The notes under the pieces are model-generated. The model did not search any database. It was not told the origin of the DNA and worked only from the letters and a program-made list of their open reading frames with translations. Position numbers and translations under genes: made by a program. A stretch of DNA of 64,000 nt, taken from the NCBI RefSeq assembly GCF_009914755.1, contig NC_060939.1; one strand, written 5' to 3'. Source of the DNA: the human T2T-CHM13v2.0 reference genome, Homo sapiens. Below, piece after piece: positions 20,729 to 39,257 of the stretch (position 1 is its first letter; the number at the start of each line of letters is the position of its first letter).

Positions 20729-22964
20729 TTTTATCTAACAGATGACAGCAGTTAAACTTACCTTCACCAAAAAGTGTACTTCTATAACTACCTAATTTAG
20801 AGTAAGCTTAGAGACCACAATATTATTTCCATTTTTGGTTTCCCTAATAACTCCAGAAGAGTTACTACAAAGATTCAGATTATTGACTTATTTTGCAAGT
20901 ACTGCTCAGTTCACATAATCTACAAAGAAAATGAGAATCTGCTGCAAATCTACCTGTCATTTCAGAACACATCCTGTGTGAGAAGGGTAGCCTAATACAT
21001 GCTTTTAGGAAAAACATATTTCAATACCTGATAAAGAGTTTTGTCTACCTCACTAAAAATTTTTTTAAGCAAAGCTAGGCTAAAACAATAAAAACATAAC
21101 CTTATCTGAGAAGATGGCTTTCCTTCCCTACTCAAGGAAAATAAATAATAAAACAATCAAGATGAAGCCAGTATTGAGGAGCCACAGACACTTCTTACTG
21201 GCATAAAAATAAAGTACCACAAAGGTCCTGATCCTCATTTTTCTTTCAATTGTTATACTTTTCCTTAAAAAAAATAAGGGCTTTAATAACTGCACTTTGG
21301 TAACAAAGTCAGTCACCATGACTGCCTATAGAAACACAAAAAGGCAGCCTTGATGATTGTCCCAAGAAATTACTGACTTGATTTTTCCATTAACTGCCTC
21401 ATCACTATCTACCTCCTAAAGAATCAGTATATTTCTTTCATGAATATTTACTTTGTGATTGATGATTTGAATTTTAAGCTTTAATAACCAACTTTAACAA
21501 TTATTATTTTTTAAAAACCCTATCACAAGCTTAGTAGTAAAGAATCATTCTAATGTTGATGGAAACAATTAGAATTTCAACCTTTTCTGTTGATCAAGAA
21601 AATACTAGACTGTCATACAAGCTACATCCTCACTTGAGTTCTCTAAGGATGAAAGTCAACAAATTCTTGCTGTTGTTCCTGTATTGTCCTAGTCATTTCA
21701 TTTCAAAAACCTAAGAATAAGGAGAAAATAAAATTTACCTGCAACATCCCAGTAATCTTTTTCAATGCAAGCACAAATATTTCCTGTTTGTCACTATACC
21801 CCCAGTACCTACACTAGGCCTAACACATAGTATAACAGTTGCTCAATAAATTTATGGAGCATGAATGAATAATATTCATCTTAATTCATATATCCATCTA
21901 TCGATTTATGTGGCTATTTTTTACCTATCTGCCTACCAAACTATTCTATGGAACTCTATGCGACTAGGGACTGCTCTCTGACTTACGTACCTAAACCGTT
22001 CAAAGCACCATGCCCAAAACAGAGTAAACAAATGTAAAATTGAATTGACTGTTTTCAAGTAACTGAAATTTACTTGACAAATTATCTTGATTAACTAGAT
22101 TCGATCTCTCATTTCACTCCTTATTCTATTCACAAGAAAATTACAAAGCAAAACCACAATGTCCTCAAAGTGTATAAGCCATACTCTACATACTTCCTTT
22201 CTTCCTTTCTTATTTGTTTTAAAGCCCAGGAATTCTACTGAAGTCAGCATAAATGCTACCTGCACTCAATACTTACCTATGTCACTGAACATGCTTAATT
22301 GATAAATTTAAATAATAATTTTGGCAGGTCCTGTGCTATGTGCCTATAATCCCAGCTACTCAAGAGACTGAGGTGGGAGGATCACTTTGAGCCCAGGAGT
22401 TCATGACCAGCCTGGGCAACTTAGAAAGACTCCATCTCAAACAAAAAAATAACAATAATAATTAATTTTTGATCTGAAAATGTAAGAGATTCAAAATAAC
22501 TGACATAGATATAACAAACTAGAAAGCATCTATAACCAAGGAAAATATAACTTTCATTAGAGAGAAAGTTTACAGGTTAGTAACAGTTCATGGAAAACTC
22601 AGTTTTAGTCACGATTCTATGGAAAAATCATCTACTCAAGTAATATAAAAATTTTCACTAGTGAGATTTACATTACAGAAAATCCTTCACATAAACATAT
22701 TTTATAAATATTCACATATGTCTTTTTAACGTATTATTTACTTTTTTCTGATTCAGAAACACATGCTTGTTATTTTGAAAAAAGCAGAACTCGGCCGGGC
22801 GCAGTGGCTCACACCTGTAATCCCAGCACTTCAGGAGGCCAAGACGGGTAAATCACCTGAGGTCAGGAGTTCAAGACCAGCCTGGCCAACATGGTGAAAC
22901 CCCATCTCTACTAAAAATACAAAAATTATCCAGGCGCAGTGGCAGGCACCTGTAATCCCAGCTA

Positions 22965-23072
<108 letters not shown>

Positions 23073-23479
23073 TCAAACAAAACAAAACAAAAAAACAAAA
23101 GCAAGCAGAACTCATAGAAACATATGACAAAAAAATGAGAGTGAAACTTCATCACCAAAAAAGACTTCTAATAAGTTTTTCCAGTAATATACTAACATTT
23201 TTGTCTGTTTTAAGAGACAGAATCTTGCTCTGCCACCCAGGCTGAAATGCAGTCGTACCATGATAGCTCACTGCAGCCTCGAACTCCTGGGTTCAAGCTA
23301 TTCTACCACTTCAGCCTCCCGAACAGCTAGGACTACAGGTACCACCATGCCTATTTTATTTTTTGTAGAATGGGTCTCATTATGTTGCCTAGGCCGGTCT
23401 CAAACTCTTAGCCTCAAGTAATCCTCCCACCTCAGCTTCCCAAAGCTCTGGGATTACAGATGTGAACCCACCTGGCTTT

Positions 23480-24165
23480 GTTTTTTACTGTGATAAAATA
23501 TATATAATATTTATAATTTAGCCTTTTGTAAATGTACAATTCAGTGGCATGAAAACACACTCACAATATTGTGTAACAGTCTCCAGTATCTATACCCAAA
23601 ATATTCTCATTATCCTCAACATTAATTCTGTACCCATTAAACAATAGCTCTGCTTTTCTCTGCCCCATCAGCCCCTGATAACCTCTATTCTACTTTGTCT
23701 TTGAATTTGTCTATCCTAGGTAGCTCATAAGTGAAATCATGCAATATTTGTCCTGTGTCTGACTTATTATACTAAGCATGTTTTCAAAGTTTACCCACGT
23801 CATAGCATGTGTCAGAATTTCCTTCCTTTGTATGTATATACTACATATTGTTTATGCACTCATCTGTCAACAGGCGCTTGGTTGGCTATTATGAATGCTG
23901 TTATAAAGGTACTGTACAAACATCTGTTTCAAACCCTGTTTTTGATTCTTTTAGATATATGCCTAAGAGAGGACTGCTGGGTCTATATGGTAGTCCTATG
24001 TGTAACCTTTCGAGAAACTGCCAAGCTGTTTTCCACAATGGCTGCGGCATTTTATATTCCCACCAGCAATAAATAGAGTTCCAATTTCTCCACATCCTCA
24101 CTACTTTTTTACTTTCTGTGTGTGTATTTTAATAGCTATCTTAATGGATGTGAAGTGATATTTAG
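23480..24165 (-). mobile_element. Old L1 (L1MB-type) 3' fragment
   Basis: tgtacaattcagtggcat...aactgccaagctgttttccacaatggctgc...attcccaccagcaat. Confidence 0.75.
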
Positions 24166-24386
24166 TATGATAGCAAGATTAGGACTTCTATAGATGTGCA
24201 AGAACCATTTTCTAAGTAAGCATAGGCATGGGACATCTAACAACTTGATGGTTAAAAACACTTGAGCCCGGCGCGGTGGCTCACACCTGTAATCCCAGCA
24301 CATTGGGAGGCCAAGACAGGCAGATCACCTGAGGTCAGGAGTTCGAGACTAGCCTGACCAACACAGAGAAACTCCCATCTCTACTA

Positions 24387-24545
<159 letters not shown>

Positions 24546-25006
24546 TCAAAAAAAAAAAAAAAAAAAAAAAAAAAAACACTTCTGGCCGGGCGCGATAGCT
24601 TATACCTGTAATCCCAGCACTTTGGGAGGTGGAAGCTGGTGGATCACCTGAAGTTGGGAGTTCGAGACCAGCCTGACCAACATGGTGAAACCCCGTCTCT
24701 ACTAAAAATACAAAATTAGCCAAGGATGGTGCTGCATGCCTGTAATCACAGCTACTTGAGAGGCTGAGGCAGAAGAATGGCTTGGACCCAGGAGGTGGAG
24801 ATAGCAGTGAGCCAAGATCACGCCACTGCACTACAGCCTGGGCAACAAGAGCGAAACTCCATCTCAAAAAAAAAGTACTTCCAAGAAAAGGGGAGAGTTA
24901 AAGTGCAGGATTCTGAAGGGAAAAAGTTAAGGAGGAGAGAAAAGGGGCTACAGGAAAAGAATTAGCAGTTACAAGGGATACAGTCAAGTGAATGTAATCT
25001 CTAGTA

Positions 25007-25518
<512 letters not shown>

Positions 25519-25769
25519 TGTCTAATAAGAGAACTTTAATTATGTAATTAAGATTAAAGCAAAAGAAACAGGAGGAGCAGTAGTGCCCACTGACAACTGT
25601 CAGAGGACAAATTGCACAAGGCCTTAAATACGAATATTAAATCAAGAGGAGTGACTGACAGTTCTCAATTTCTGAGGCTCTTTTCCTCTATTAATACCAC
25701 TGCCCTCAACTAGAGAATGGTCTTTTCAAACTCTCACAGAGTATTTATGAAACTTGACTATATGCTATG

Positions 25770-26380
25770 CCCAAGAACCACTAAGTTGCATCCATCAATT
25801 TTGATGTTGTTTTTTTAATTAACATTCAGTGTTATGCATTGGTAAACCTCTATCATTATTTCTTTTGTAACCTCAAGAGTTATTTAGATGTGTTCTTTTA
25901 AATTTCCAAACATTTTTAAAGGTCATTTTTTTAAAAAACTGAGTCCTAATTTAGTTTGCACTGTCATCGAAGGTTTGGTCTATAGAATACATATTCTTTG
26001 AATTTGTTGAGATTTTCAGGGCTACTTTGAAGGTTGTTACCTCTCGCATTACAGAAATTTTGGATTCCACAAAGTAACTATATCTGCAAATAGTAGTAAC
26101 TGTATGAAACTAATTCTTTAAAACTTGAGTACAATGTTCTATATTCACCCAATAGCTCTGTCTTGTTGTGTTGTTTTAATGATTTTTTTTTCTTTAGCAC
26201 ATCTCTGCTGGCAGGAAGTATTGTTTTAATGTCAAAAACATCTATTCTAATATAATGGTGAATTTATAAATTTCTCCTTGTAGTTGTTATGTAGGTTTAT
26301 GTATGTTGAACCTGTATTATCTGGTATAAGTAACAGAATTCTAGTATCTTCCTGGTAAACTAAACCTTTTATTGTTATAT
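25770..26380 (-). mobile_element. Highly diverged L1M fragment(s)
   Basis: T-rich degenerate reverse ORF2-like motifs (ttatttagatgtgttcttttaaatttccaaacattt). Confidence 0.45.
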
Positions 26381-27709
26381 GATGTGGTAGAGACTGCAGG
26401 TGGCTTTCCCAGAATCACCACTCCCTCAGTAAAGTCCAGTTTTATTCTGGGCAGCCTAATTACCTTGCAGCAAAGGGCTAATGAAGTTACTAGGTAGAAC
26501 TTCTGTGAAACCACTTTAAGGTCATGTATGTTGGCTCATGCCTGTAATCCCAGCACTTTGGGGGGCCGAGGCCAGAGGATCACTTGAGCCCAGGAGCTCA
26601 AGACCAGACTGGGCAATATGGCAAAATCCTGTCTCTACAGATAGTTTTTTAAAAATTAGCCAGGCATGGTGGTGTGTGCCTGTGGTCTCAGCTACTTAGG
26701 AGGCTGAGGTGGGAGGATCACTTAAAGCCTGGGTAGTTGGTACTGCAGTGAGCCATGATCACACCACGGCACTCCAACCTGGGCAATAGAGTGAGGCACT
26801 GTCTCAAAAACACCACCACGTCCAGCTAATTTTTATCTTTTTAGTAGAGCCGGGGTTTCACTACATTGGCCAGGATGGTCTCAATCTCCTGACCTCATGA
26901 TCCACCCGCCTTGGCCTCCCAAAGTGCTGGGAATACAGGCGTGAGCCACAGTGCCCGGCCTGAAATATTTATTAAACTGTCATTTATTTCTTCTGTTGGT
27001 TGGTTGGTTGGTTTCAAAGACATCTTGCCCTGTCACTCAGGCTGGAGTGTAGTGGCATGATCAGATCTCACTGCAGCCTCAAACTCCTGGGCTCAAGCAA
27101 TCCTCTTGCCTCAATCTCTTGAGTAGCTGAGACTACCAGCTCGTGCCATGACACCCAGCTAATTTTTTTTTATTTTTTATAGAGACAGAGTCTTGCTATG
27201 TTGCCCAAGCTGATCTTGAACTCCTGGCCTCAAGTGATCCTCCATAAGCCACCACACTCAGCTTAAACTGTCTTAAGACTAAGATGCTTAGAGAGGGAAA
27301 AGTGGTATTACAGTAAGCTTCTTGGGCATGACTTACTCACAGACTATCTACTCTAAAATCTAAAAGACCCTTTTTAAAAGCGGGATGAGGTGACTCTTCT
27401 AATTTAGTCAGCATGAGCAAGAACAAACAAAACCTATAAACTCAACTATTGAAAGTTACTTCGAACTTTATACTGAAAAAGCACTATACAAAAATTTCCA
27501 TCGGTTATTCCTCATGGTCACTTTTACAAGATGGTTTGTTCCCAACTGGCTAAATGACTTCCCTTGTTACCCACTGTATGCACTATTTCCCTTCCGACAG
27601 TGACGTCCCCTTGCACTCTGTCAAGTAGGATTAAAACTTTTCAGACTCAAGTATTTTCCTTTTTCTCGTGGCTCTCCAGATATTATTAGCTGTTTCTTCA
27701 AGAGGCTTT

Positions 27710-27915
27710 AGAGGCAGAGATTCTTGAGCTTGACATCCTGGCTCCACCACATACCAGCAGTGTGAACTTCAGAAGTAACCTTCCTTTCTCTGCCTCATTT
27801 GCTGATCTGTAAAACTGGAATAGCCACACTTCAGTGGCTTGCTGTGAGAATAAAATGCATTTAACATGCCACTTGTTATGTAAACTCTCAATAAATTGCC
27901 ATCACTATTATTAGT
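27710..27915 (+). mobile_element. MIR
   Basis: tcctggctccaccac...tctctgcctcatttgctgatctgtaaaactgg...gctgtgagaataaaatg. Confidence 0.6.
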
Positions 27916-28330
27916 ATTATGTTTTCTCACTAATACTTCCCTAGAACAAGCCTTTACTGCTGCTAGATTACATCCACTAGATTATGTCTGCATTTCCTCA
28001 ACCAGCCCACTTCATTCATATCTTTTAGTAATCCAAAGTATTGTGCAGATCACCATCAGATTTACCTTGAATACATACAGATACTTCCTGTTACTCTCTA
28101 GCTTAAGAACCTTTAATGTGGTGATGTCCATCTCATGTCATCCAGGGATAAAGCAACCCTTGTTTATCCCATCTTGGCTCTTGGTCTGTGCCCATGGCTG
28201 GTTCGTGACTTGGATACATGGAAAATAAGTAAATGATTAAAAAATAAAAATTAAAAATCTTCTATGGATCCCTGCTTATGAGCACATCAAATCTAATTTC
28301 CTCTGCCTAACTTTCATTATCCTCTCTTAA

Positions 28331-28904
<574 letters not shown>

Positions 28905-28949
28905 CTAGTACACTTTCTTGCTTTTCCAAATCAAACCCAGCCTTTAAGC

Positions 28950-29099
28950 CTGTGATTCTTAACACTGCCTGCACATTACAAACATCTGGGAAAGCTTTTA
29001 AAAACTGCAGATGCACCTCACCCAAGATTCTGATTCATCTGATTTTTGATTAAGTTTTCCCAAGTGATTCTAAGGAGCAGTCAGAGTTGAGATCCACTA
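28950..29099. mobile_element. MER5-family DNA transposon (MER5B-like)
   Basis: ctgtgattcttaac...aagtgattctaaggagcagtcagagttgagatccacta. Confidence 0.55.
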
Positions 29100-29278
29100 C
29101 TTTAACTTTAATCTCCTTCCTGTCAGAATTGTGAATACTCACTGGATTTTCTCCCCTCTAAATTACTGTAATGTTGACAGATTAGATCAAGTTTTTGCTT
29201 CATTACATATCTGTGTTATTCTCTACCTTTCATTTTAAGTCTTGTTTCTTTCAACTCGAAATTGAAGATATAATCTAT

Positions 29279-29367
29279 ATCACCATACTAGAGCTGCGGT
29301 AATATAGAAGCTGAAGATATAGACTATATCTTCAATTTCTATATTACCACAGCTCTAGTATGGTGAT
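29279..29367. repeat. 89-bp near-perfect palindrome (44-bp arms, 3 mismatches, 1-nt centre)
   Basis: atcaccatactagagctgcggtaatatagaagctgaagatatag-a-ctatatcttcaatttctatattaccacagctctagtatggtgat. Confidence 0.95.
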
Positions 29368-30249
29368 GAATACACAGTAGAAACTGATTATTTCTTCACT
29401 GATTGTGAGTTCAAATTAGAATTCAGAGCCTTAAAATATTTTTTGGCGTATTATTTTGACAAAGCCTTAAAATATTTCTAATCTATTGAATTCAGCAAAT
29501 TACATTCCTTTCTTTTTAAACATGGTTCTGCAACAAACTCATTTTGTTATGGTGAGTCATTTAGCCCCTTCCTTCCCCAATAAATAAATTGGAAAGAAAA
29601 ATAGTAATGTATAAAAATGCTTTAAAAAATAATAAAATGAATAATAGCATTGTAAGTGGCTTCACAGTTGCTTCCTTAGAGCAAATGGCCTTTTCTAAAT
29701 CCATTAAAGACTGTTTCAAAACAGTTAAAACAGAATCAAAGCGCACATATTTAAAGATGCTGAAACTCTGAATAGTTCTATGATTTGTTTTCTCAACAGA
29801 TGTGCATCCTTCAAGCCCTGAATTCACCAGATGCATATTAAATTAATCTGTACTTTTAGTTTTTACATAACACTCTACTCTAGTTTTATAAATACACCAC
29901 ATGAAAGCAGAATTCCATTGTTGCTTTATGGCATTAAATATTAACAGATTATCTCCGCTGTGCAAAAAATACATTAAGATTCATTTTAATGCAGCCAAAT
30001 GTGTGCTCATTAAATATAGGCTATAATAACTTCACCACTATTTTTAAATTGGCTGATTTCTATCTGGAACGTGAAACATAACAAATTTGCTCATAAAAAT
30101 CCAGTGACACCTGGTACCTGAAAGAAATATACACATTTCAATTATAAGAAATACTTAATTTAAGTCCACTTAAACCTCCTGGAAAATTTACTTCTTATAA
30201 ATCCATAATTTCTTCACTAACTGCAATGAAAAAATTAGCACAGTTATAT

Positions 30250-30410
30250 CAGAAATAAGACTACACTGAATTCCAGTGTGACTCATTAATTAGCTGTACA
30301 ATCTTGAGCAAGTCACTTAGCCTCTCTGCACTTAAGTAGTCTCAGCTGTAAAATGAAAGGGTCTAACTAGACCATCTCCATATTTTCTTTTAGCTTTATG
30401 ATTTCATAAT
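30250..30410 (+). mobile_element. MIR
   Basis: tagctgtacaatcttgagcaagtcacttagcctctctg...ctgtaaaatg. Confidence 0.6.
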
Positions 30411-31859
30411 CTATGAAACTCAAGAAACACAGCATTAACCAGATGGATCCCATTAAAGACAAAGTGAGCCTTCATATTGATTGATTTGGAGATAATGTAT
30501 CTCTGGAGAATCTAAGTGCTTTCACACAGACAGTTCCTAGTTGACTTATTTAACTAGGTGAAAAAACAAACAAAACTCACCAAACAGAGTTATTAAACAA
30601 TTCTTGCATCATACCCTAGATGACCAGAATATTTAGATGTCATTATACCAATTAAGGTTAAAATGTTTTAGAAAATAGAAGCTGTTCTAGAAGTACAGGA
30701 CAGGACAGTTATAAAGCCAAGTGAAAGAGGATTCTAGCTAACAATTAGTACTCAGGCTACATGAGAATAAAATGTCTCAGGACAGCATTCTATTACTTTT
30801 AGAATCAAGATTCTCAGCCTGAGACAGAATTGAAAATATTCAGGAAAGTACAGCAGTACCCATGGAAGCGCTTCCTACTCAGTTTTTGCCAGCTCAAGCT
30901 TCTAGATAGTCTTCAACAAGTGTAATAAGCAGCAGCAAACACTAGAGAGGGTGATCAAAATCTGTATAGTTGAAACCCTTCGCAACAATAAAACCCAAGT
31001 GACAAAGGCTCTTGTCCTTAGTGACAGTTGAAAAATTCTGCATTTAAATTTCCTATCAAGCCCCTTTACAACCTGAAACATCACATGACTGTGCCACATT
31101 TAGCTCATACTTCCTAAGACTCTAATACATGTATGAAATAATTAAGCAGTTGTCAATTAAGACCTAATAACCTAAAATCAATCTTCTTGAAAGGGAAAAC
31201 CACACTCTGAACAATGCTTCTAATTACATTCGAGAACGTTAGGAAACTCTCATTTAAAAATAACTCCCACAGATTATTTCATTTGTTTTAGTTTCTTTAA
31301 GAACATCCTTATTAACGCTTGTAGAATAGAAAAAAAAACTTATTTTTTTTTGAGATGGAGTCTCACTCTGTCGCTAGGCTGGAGTGCAGTGGCACAATCT
31401 CGGCTCACTGCAACCTCCTACTCCCTGGTTAAGCGATTCTCCTGTCTCAGCCTCCCAAGTAGCTAGGACTACAGGCATGCGCCACCACACCCAGCTAATT
31501 TTTGTATTTTTAGTAGAAACGGGGTTTCACCTTGTTGGCCAGGATGGTCTTGATCTTCTGACCTCGTGATCTGCCCACCTCAGCCTACCAAAGTGCTGGA
31601 ATTACAGGTGTGAGCCACTGCACCCGGCAGAAAAAATTTGCATAAACCAATTGGTCACGACTGGATGCAGTGGCTCACACTTACAATCCCAGCACTTTTG
31701 GAGGCAAAGGTGGGCAGATCAGGAATTCAAGACCAGACTGGGCAATATAGTGAGACCTCATCTCTGTTTATTTTTTTTAATTAAAAAATAAATTAAAAAA
31801 AAAACAATTGGTCACCCATGTGCATGCATATACACATATTCCTTACACCTTTCCAAAAA

Positions 31860-34030
<2,171 letters not shown>

Positions 34031-35816
34031 GAAAAAAACACAATAGGGCATACACAATCTCAAAGAGTAAATATTGCCACTGTAGACTACAGAAATTTTA
34101 GCAAAGTGCAAACAAAATTAAGAGATTTTAATCCTCTTGCCTTTTCCTGGCATTAGTCATTTCTCTCTGCTCACCAGCACCCACATCAGAGAGTGACCTC
34201 TAGGAAATGGAAAAGAATTCCAGCTGGGAAGCGGCTTGATCACAGCTGTGGTTAGCAATTTATCCTAAAGCTAAAATGAGATCTGGTGATTATCATGGAT
34301 ACTCAAACACCAAAAAAAGGAAGAAAAGAAAAAAATTTCACATCATTCATTATGGTCAACAGAGAAATTAAAGTGTATTTTAAAACATATTGGCAAGGCG
34401 CGGTGGCTCACACCTGTAATCCCAGCACTTTGGGAGGCTGAGGAGGGCAGATCACCTGAGGTCAGGAGTTCGAGACCAGCCTGGCCAACGTGGTGAAACC
34501 CCATCTCTACTAAAAATACAAAAAATTAGCTGGACATGGTAGGTAGCGGGCACCTGTAATTCCAGCTACTCAGGAGTCTGAGGCAAGAGAATTGCCTGAA
34601 CCCAGAATGTGGAGGTTGCAGTGAGCCGAGATCACGCCACTGTACTCCAGCCTGGGCAACGAGAGCGAAACTCCACCTCAAAAAAAAAAAAAAAAAAGTA
34701 TCAAGACAGAAGAAAATGTATAACTTTCATTCAGGAAGTCGTAAATACCCCTTTTTATAGGCTAAGGAGTTAGAATGTATAAGCAGCAGAAATCCATGGG
34801 GATCCAATGCTATTGTTCCCTGGCAAATTTATGTAGCATTTTGATGGAGACATCAAACTCGGCACCCAGGCTTCTCCCTTTTCGTGGCAAGGGCAATGGC
34901 TACCTCTTCACCCGACATCTCTGGACAAGGCAAAAACTAAGAGAATATCCCTCTACCCAGTATACCCACACCTCCAATGTGATGGGTGAGAAATTATTAA
35001 AGAATAATTCCCATCCCTAGCACCCCAACCCCCACTATAACTACACTGCCCACTTGGAGCTTCTGGGTGAGGGACAGACTACATTAGTGTGGGGACAGTC
35101 CATCTGTCTTTCTATCTCATCAGAACATTCCTGCTGCAGACAAAGCATGGCTTCTATCCAGATGGCTCTCTCTTTAGGCCATTTCTGGGATACCACACTA
35201 GTGCTATTTCAATTTCTCTGAGATGACTGAGTCTTTCTGGTCCGCTAAGTTAAGGTTATAACCTCAGCAAGTTTGGTCTTTTACAGTTTAGTAACCCAAA
35301 AGCCTGCCGTCAGAATTTATTAAGATCCAAAATGAACCTAGCATGGTGGTTAGCACCTGTAATCCCAGCTACTCAGGAGGTTGAGGTGGAAGGATCACTT
35401 GAGCTCAGGAGTTCAAGACCAGCCTGAGCAACACACTGAGACCCTCGTCTCCAAAAATTAAAAAAAAAAAAAAAATTAAAAATTAAAAAAATCCCAAATG
35501 AAAAGTGCCAACTATGTGCACACATTTAGATGAAAACTAAGCAACTGGCACAGAGGGTAAGATAAAATCCACTACTGAAAGAGTAAATTTAAGTAAGCTT
35601 GTTTTAAGTTAAAAATCCTCAGAAGAAGCTTCTTTTCTGGTTTTAAGACATCAAGTGAATAAAGATTTAATCTAAAATATCTTTTTATCAATTTTTTAAG
35701 CTTCCATCAACAAGTGGACTATGTTAAATACTACTTATAAAAATGGTTTTATCGGCTGGTCGCGGTGGCTCACACCTGTAATCCCAGCACTTTGGGAGGC
35801 CAAGGCGGGCGGATCA

Positions 35817-36098
<282 letters not shown>

Positions 36099-38350
36099 TT
36101 ACCATTCATATAGTTTGAAATAACAATTAACTTTAAACAGTATCTGTCATCATCCTGTATAACTCAATATAAAAATGCAAGATCTTTGGTTACATGTTCA
36201 CTGATAGAGCTGATATTATATAACCTAAATCTACTGAGGATTTTTATTTTTACAAAATAATCTGATGAACTCAAAGCCATAAAACATAAAAGGGGTTGGG
36301 AGAGAAGGAATCTGAAACAGATGGCATCTAAATTTTTTTTCCTGAGTCCATCTTGAACACAATCCCAATAATGTCAAAATCCAATTTTGCTCTCCAAATA
36401 AGTAATCTCTACAACTTAAAATGGTAATTCTGAAGTAAATCCATTCTTTTTCTTTTTTTTTTTCCTCCCAGCTTCTCAGAGCTTCTATATTGGGCAGAAA
36501 TGAGTAGAGACAAGTTAACTGTTAAAAAGAGAAAAACTATCATTCCACAAATTCAAAAGTTATTTCCGGAAAATACACTTATCTAAAACCACTGAAGCAG
36601 TTTCTATCAATATGTAGTACTAAAATCTATGACACCAGCCTTTTTTTATATAATGATTATTTATCCTTATTAGAGACTAAATCACAGCTCCATAAAAGAA
36701 ATATGCTTTAAAATAAAAATGAGCTCTGGAAGAATACTCATTTGGTTTGAGTAAAAAGAAAGCACCGCCTGGACTTTTTAATAACATTTTCACAGTAACT
36801 CACTCCTGATTGTATAGCGCCAATAAATTCAGCTGTATTTTGTTCATTATCTAATTCTAGTATATGGTACATATATAAACCTTCCCAATCTTTCCTAAAA
36901 CTTTCTGAGGTCATCCAAGAGATAGATATTAAACAAAGGTTTAGTCATTTTTAGATTTCCTGACAAGCAAATTCCATAACTGACAACTGCAAAGATCCTT
37001 GGAACGGCCACAGACTTTGAGAGGAAGTGGTGACTGAGAAATCTCTAACCGTCTCTATTCATTGCACACAATTAAGATAGAATTTTTTACTCTAGCAGCT
37101 AGTATACTATCTCTTATATCAAAATTAATAGATTATCGGGCCAGGCACGGTGGCTCACGCCTGTAGTCCCAGCACTTTGAGAGGCTGAGGCGGGCCAATC
37201 ACTTGAGGCCAGGAGTTCAAGACCAGCGTGGCCAACATGGCAAAACCCCATGTCCACTAAAAATACAAAAATTAGCCAGGTATGCTGGCGCACACCTGTA
37301 ATCCCAGCTAATCGGGAGACTGAGGCAGGAGGGGCGCTTGAACCTGAGGGGCAGAGGCTGCAGTAAGCTGAGCCTGGGCACTCCAGCCTGGGTAACAGAA
37401 ACTCCGTCTCAAAAACAAAAAAGATTTTTAAAAATATTAATACAGTATTATAGTTTGAGAAGAAGACAGGGGAAAAAGTGGGAGCTTCTGAGAGCTTTAC
37501 CAAAGCATATGATCTCAACTTTAAGATTTAAAGGATGATAAAAAAATGATACGAGAAAACACAGCAGGCCGGGCAGGGCAGTTCACACCTGTAATCCCAG
37601 CACCTTGGGAGGCCAAGGTGGGTGGATCACCTGAGGTCACGAGTTAGAGAGCCGCCTGGCCAACATGGCCAACACCGTTTCTACTAAAAATACAAAAATT
37701 AGCCAGCATGGTGGCGCATGCCTATAGTTCCAGCTTACTCAGGAGGCTGAGGCAGTAGAATTGCTTGAACCCGGGAGGCGGAGGTTGCAGTGAGCCAAGA
37801 TAGTGCCGCTGCACTCCAGCATGGGTGACAGAGCAAGACTCCATCTCAAAAAAAAAGTGAAAAGATAAAAGAAAACACAGCAGAAAGCTTAGATATATAC
37901 AGACCTTACACTCTCAGAAGAGCCATTTAGAAAGCTAAATAACCTTACCAAAACTCTGTAACTATCACAAAACATAATTTGAATTCTTCTTTTTTTTTTT
38001 TTTTTTTTTTTGAGATGGAGTTTTGCTCTTGCCCAGGCTGGAGTGAATGGCACAATCTTGGCTCACCGCAACCTCCACCTCCCGGGTTCAAGCGATTCTC
38101 TTGCCTCAGCCTCCCGAGTAGCTGGGATTACAGGCATGCTCCATCATGCCTGACTAATGTTGTATTTTTAGTAGAGATGGGGTTTCTCCATGTTGCTCAG
38201 GCTGGTCTCAAACTCCTGACCTCAGGTGATCCGCCCACCTCGGCCTCCCAAGGTGCTAGGATTACAGGCATGAGCCACCATGCCTGGCCTAATTTCAACT
38301 CTTTATAAAACAAAGAGACATGGGGAAGAAATATATTTGAAAATTTCTCA

Positions 38351-38606
<256 letters not shown>

Positions 38607-38873
38607 CTAGGTGACAGAGCAAGAATCTGTCTTTAAAAAAAAAGAAAAGAAAATTTCTCACAAATTTACACAAAACTTATGAACTTCTCAAAAAAGGTCA
38701 AACTGAATTGCAAACTTTGTATTCTCACAAACATCTATTATTACAGGAAGTTATTTGATTTTTGTCCTCTGAGTATAAATTACATTTGAAAATAACTAAC
38801 TATAAGTCACCTCAAAAAGCAAACTACGTTAGCTGAAAATCTGACATATAATAGGTGACACATAACTATATTA

Positions 38874-38969
<96 letters not shown>

Positions 38970-38972
38970 TCA

Positions 38973-39257
<285 letters not shown>

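Noticed and set aside
30105-30135. Minus-strand tttctttcag|gtacca as a recursive splice site
   Set aside because: The acceptor is plausible but the regenerated donor is weak; a chance occurrence is likely in a >40-kb intron.
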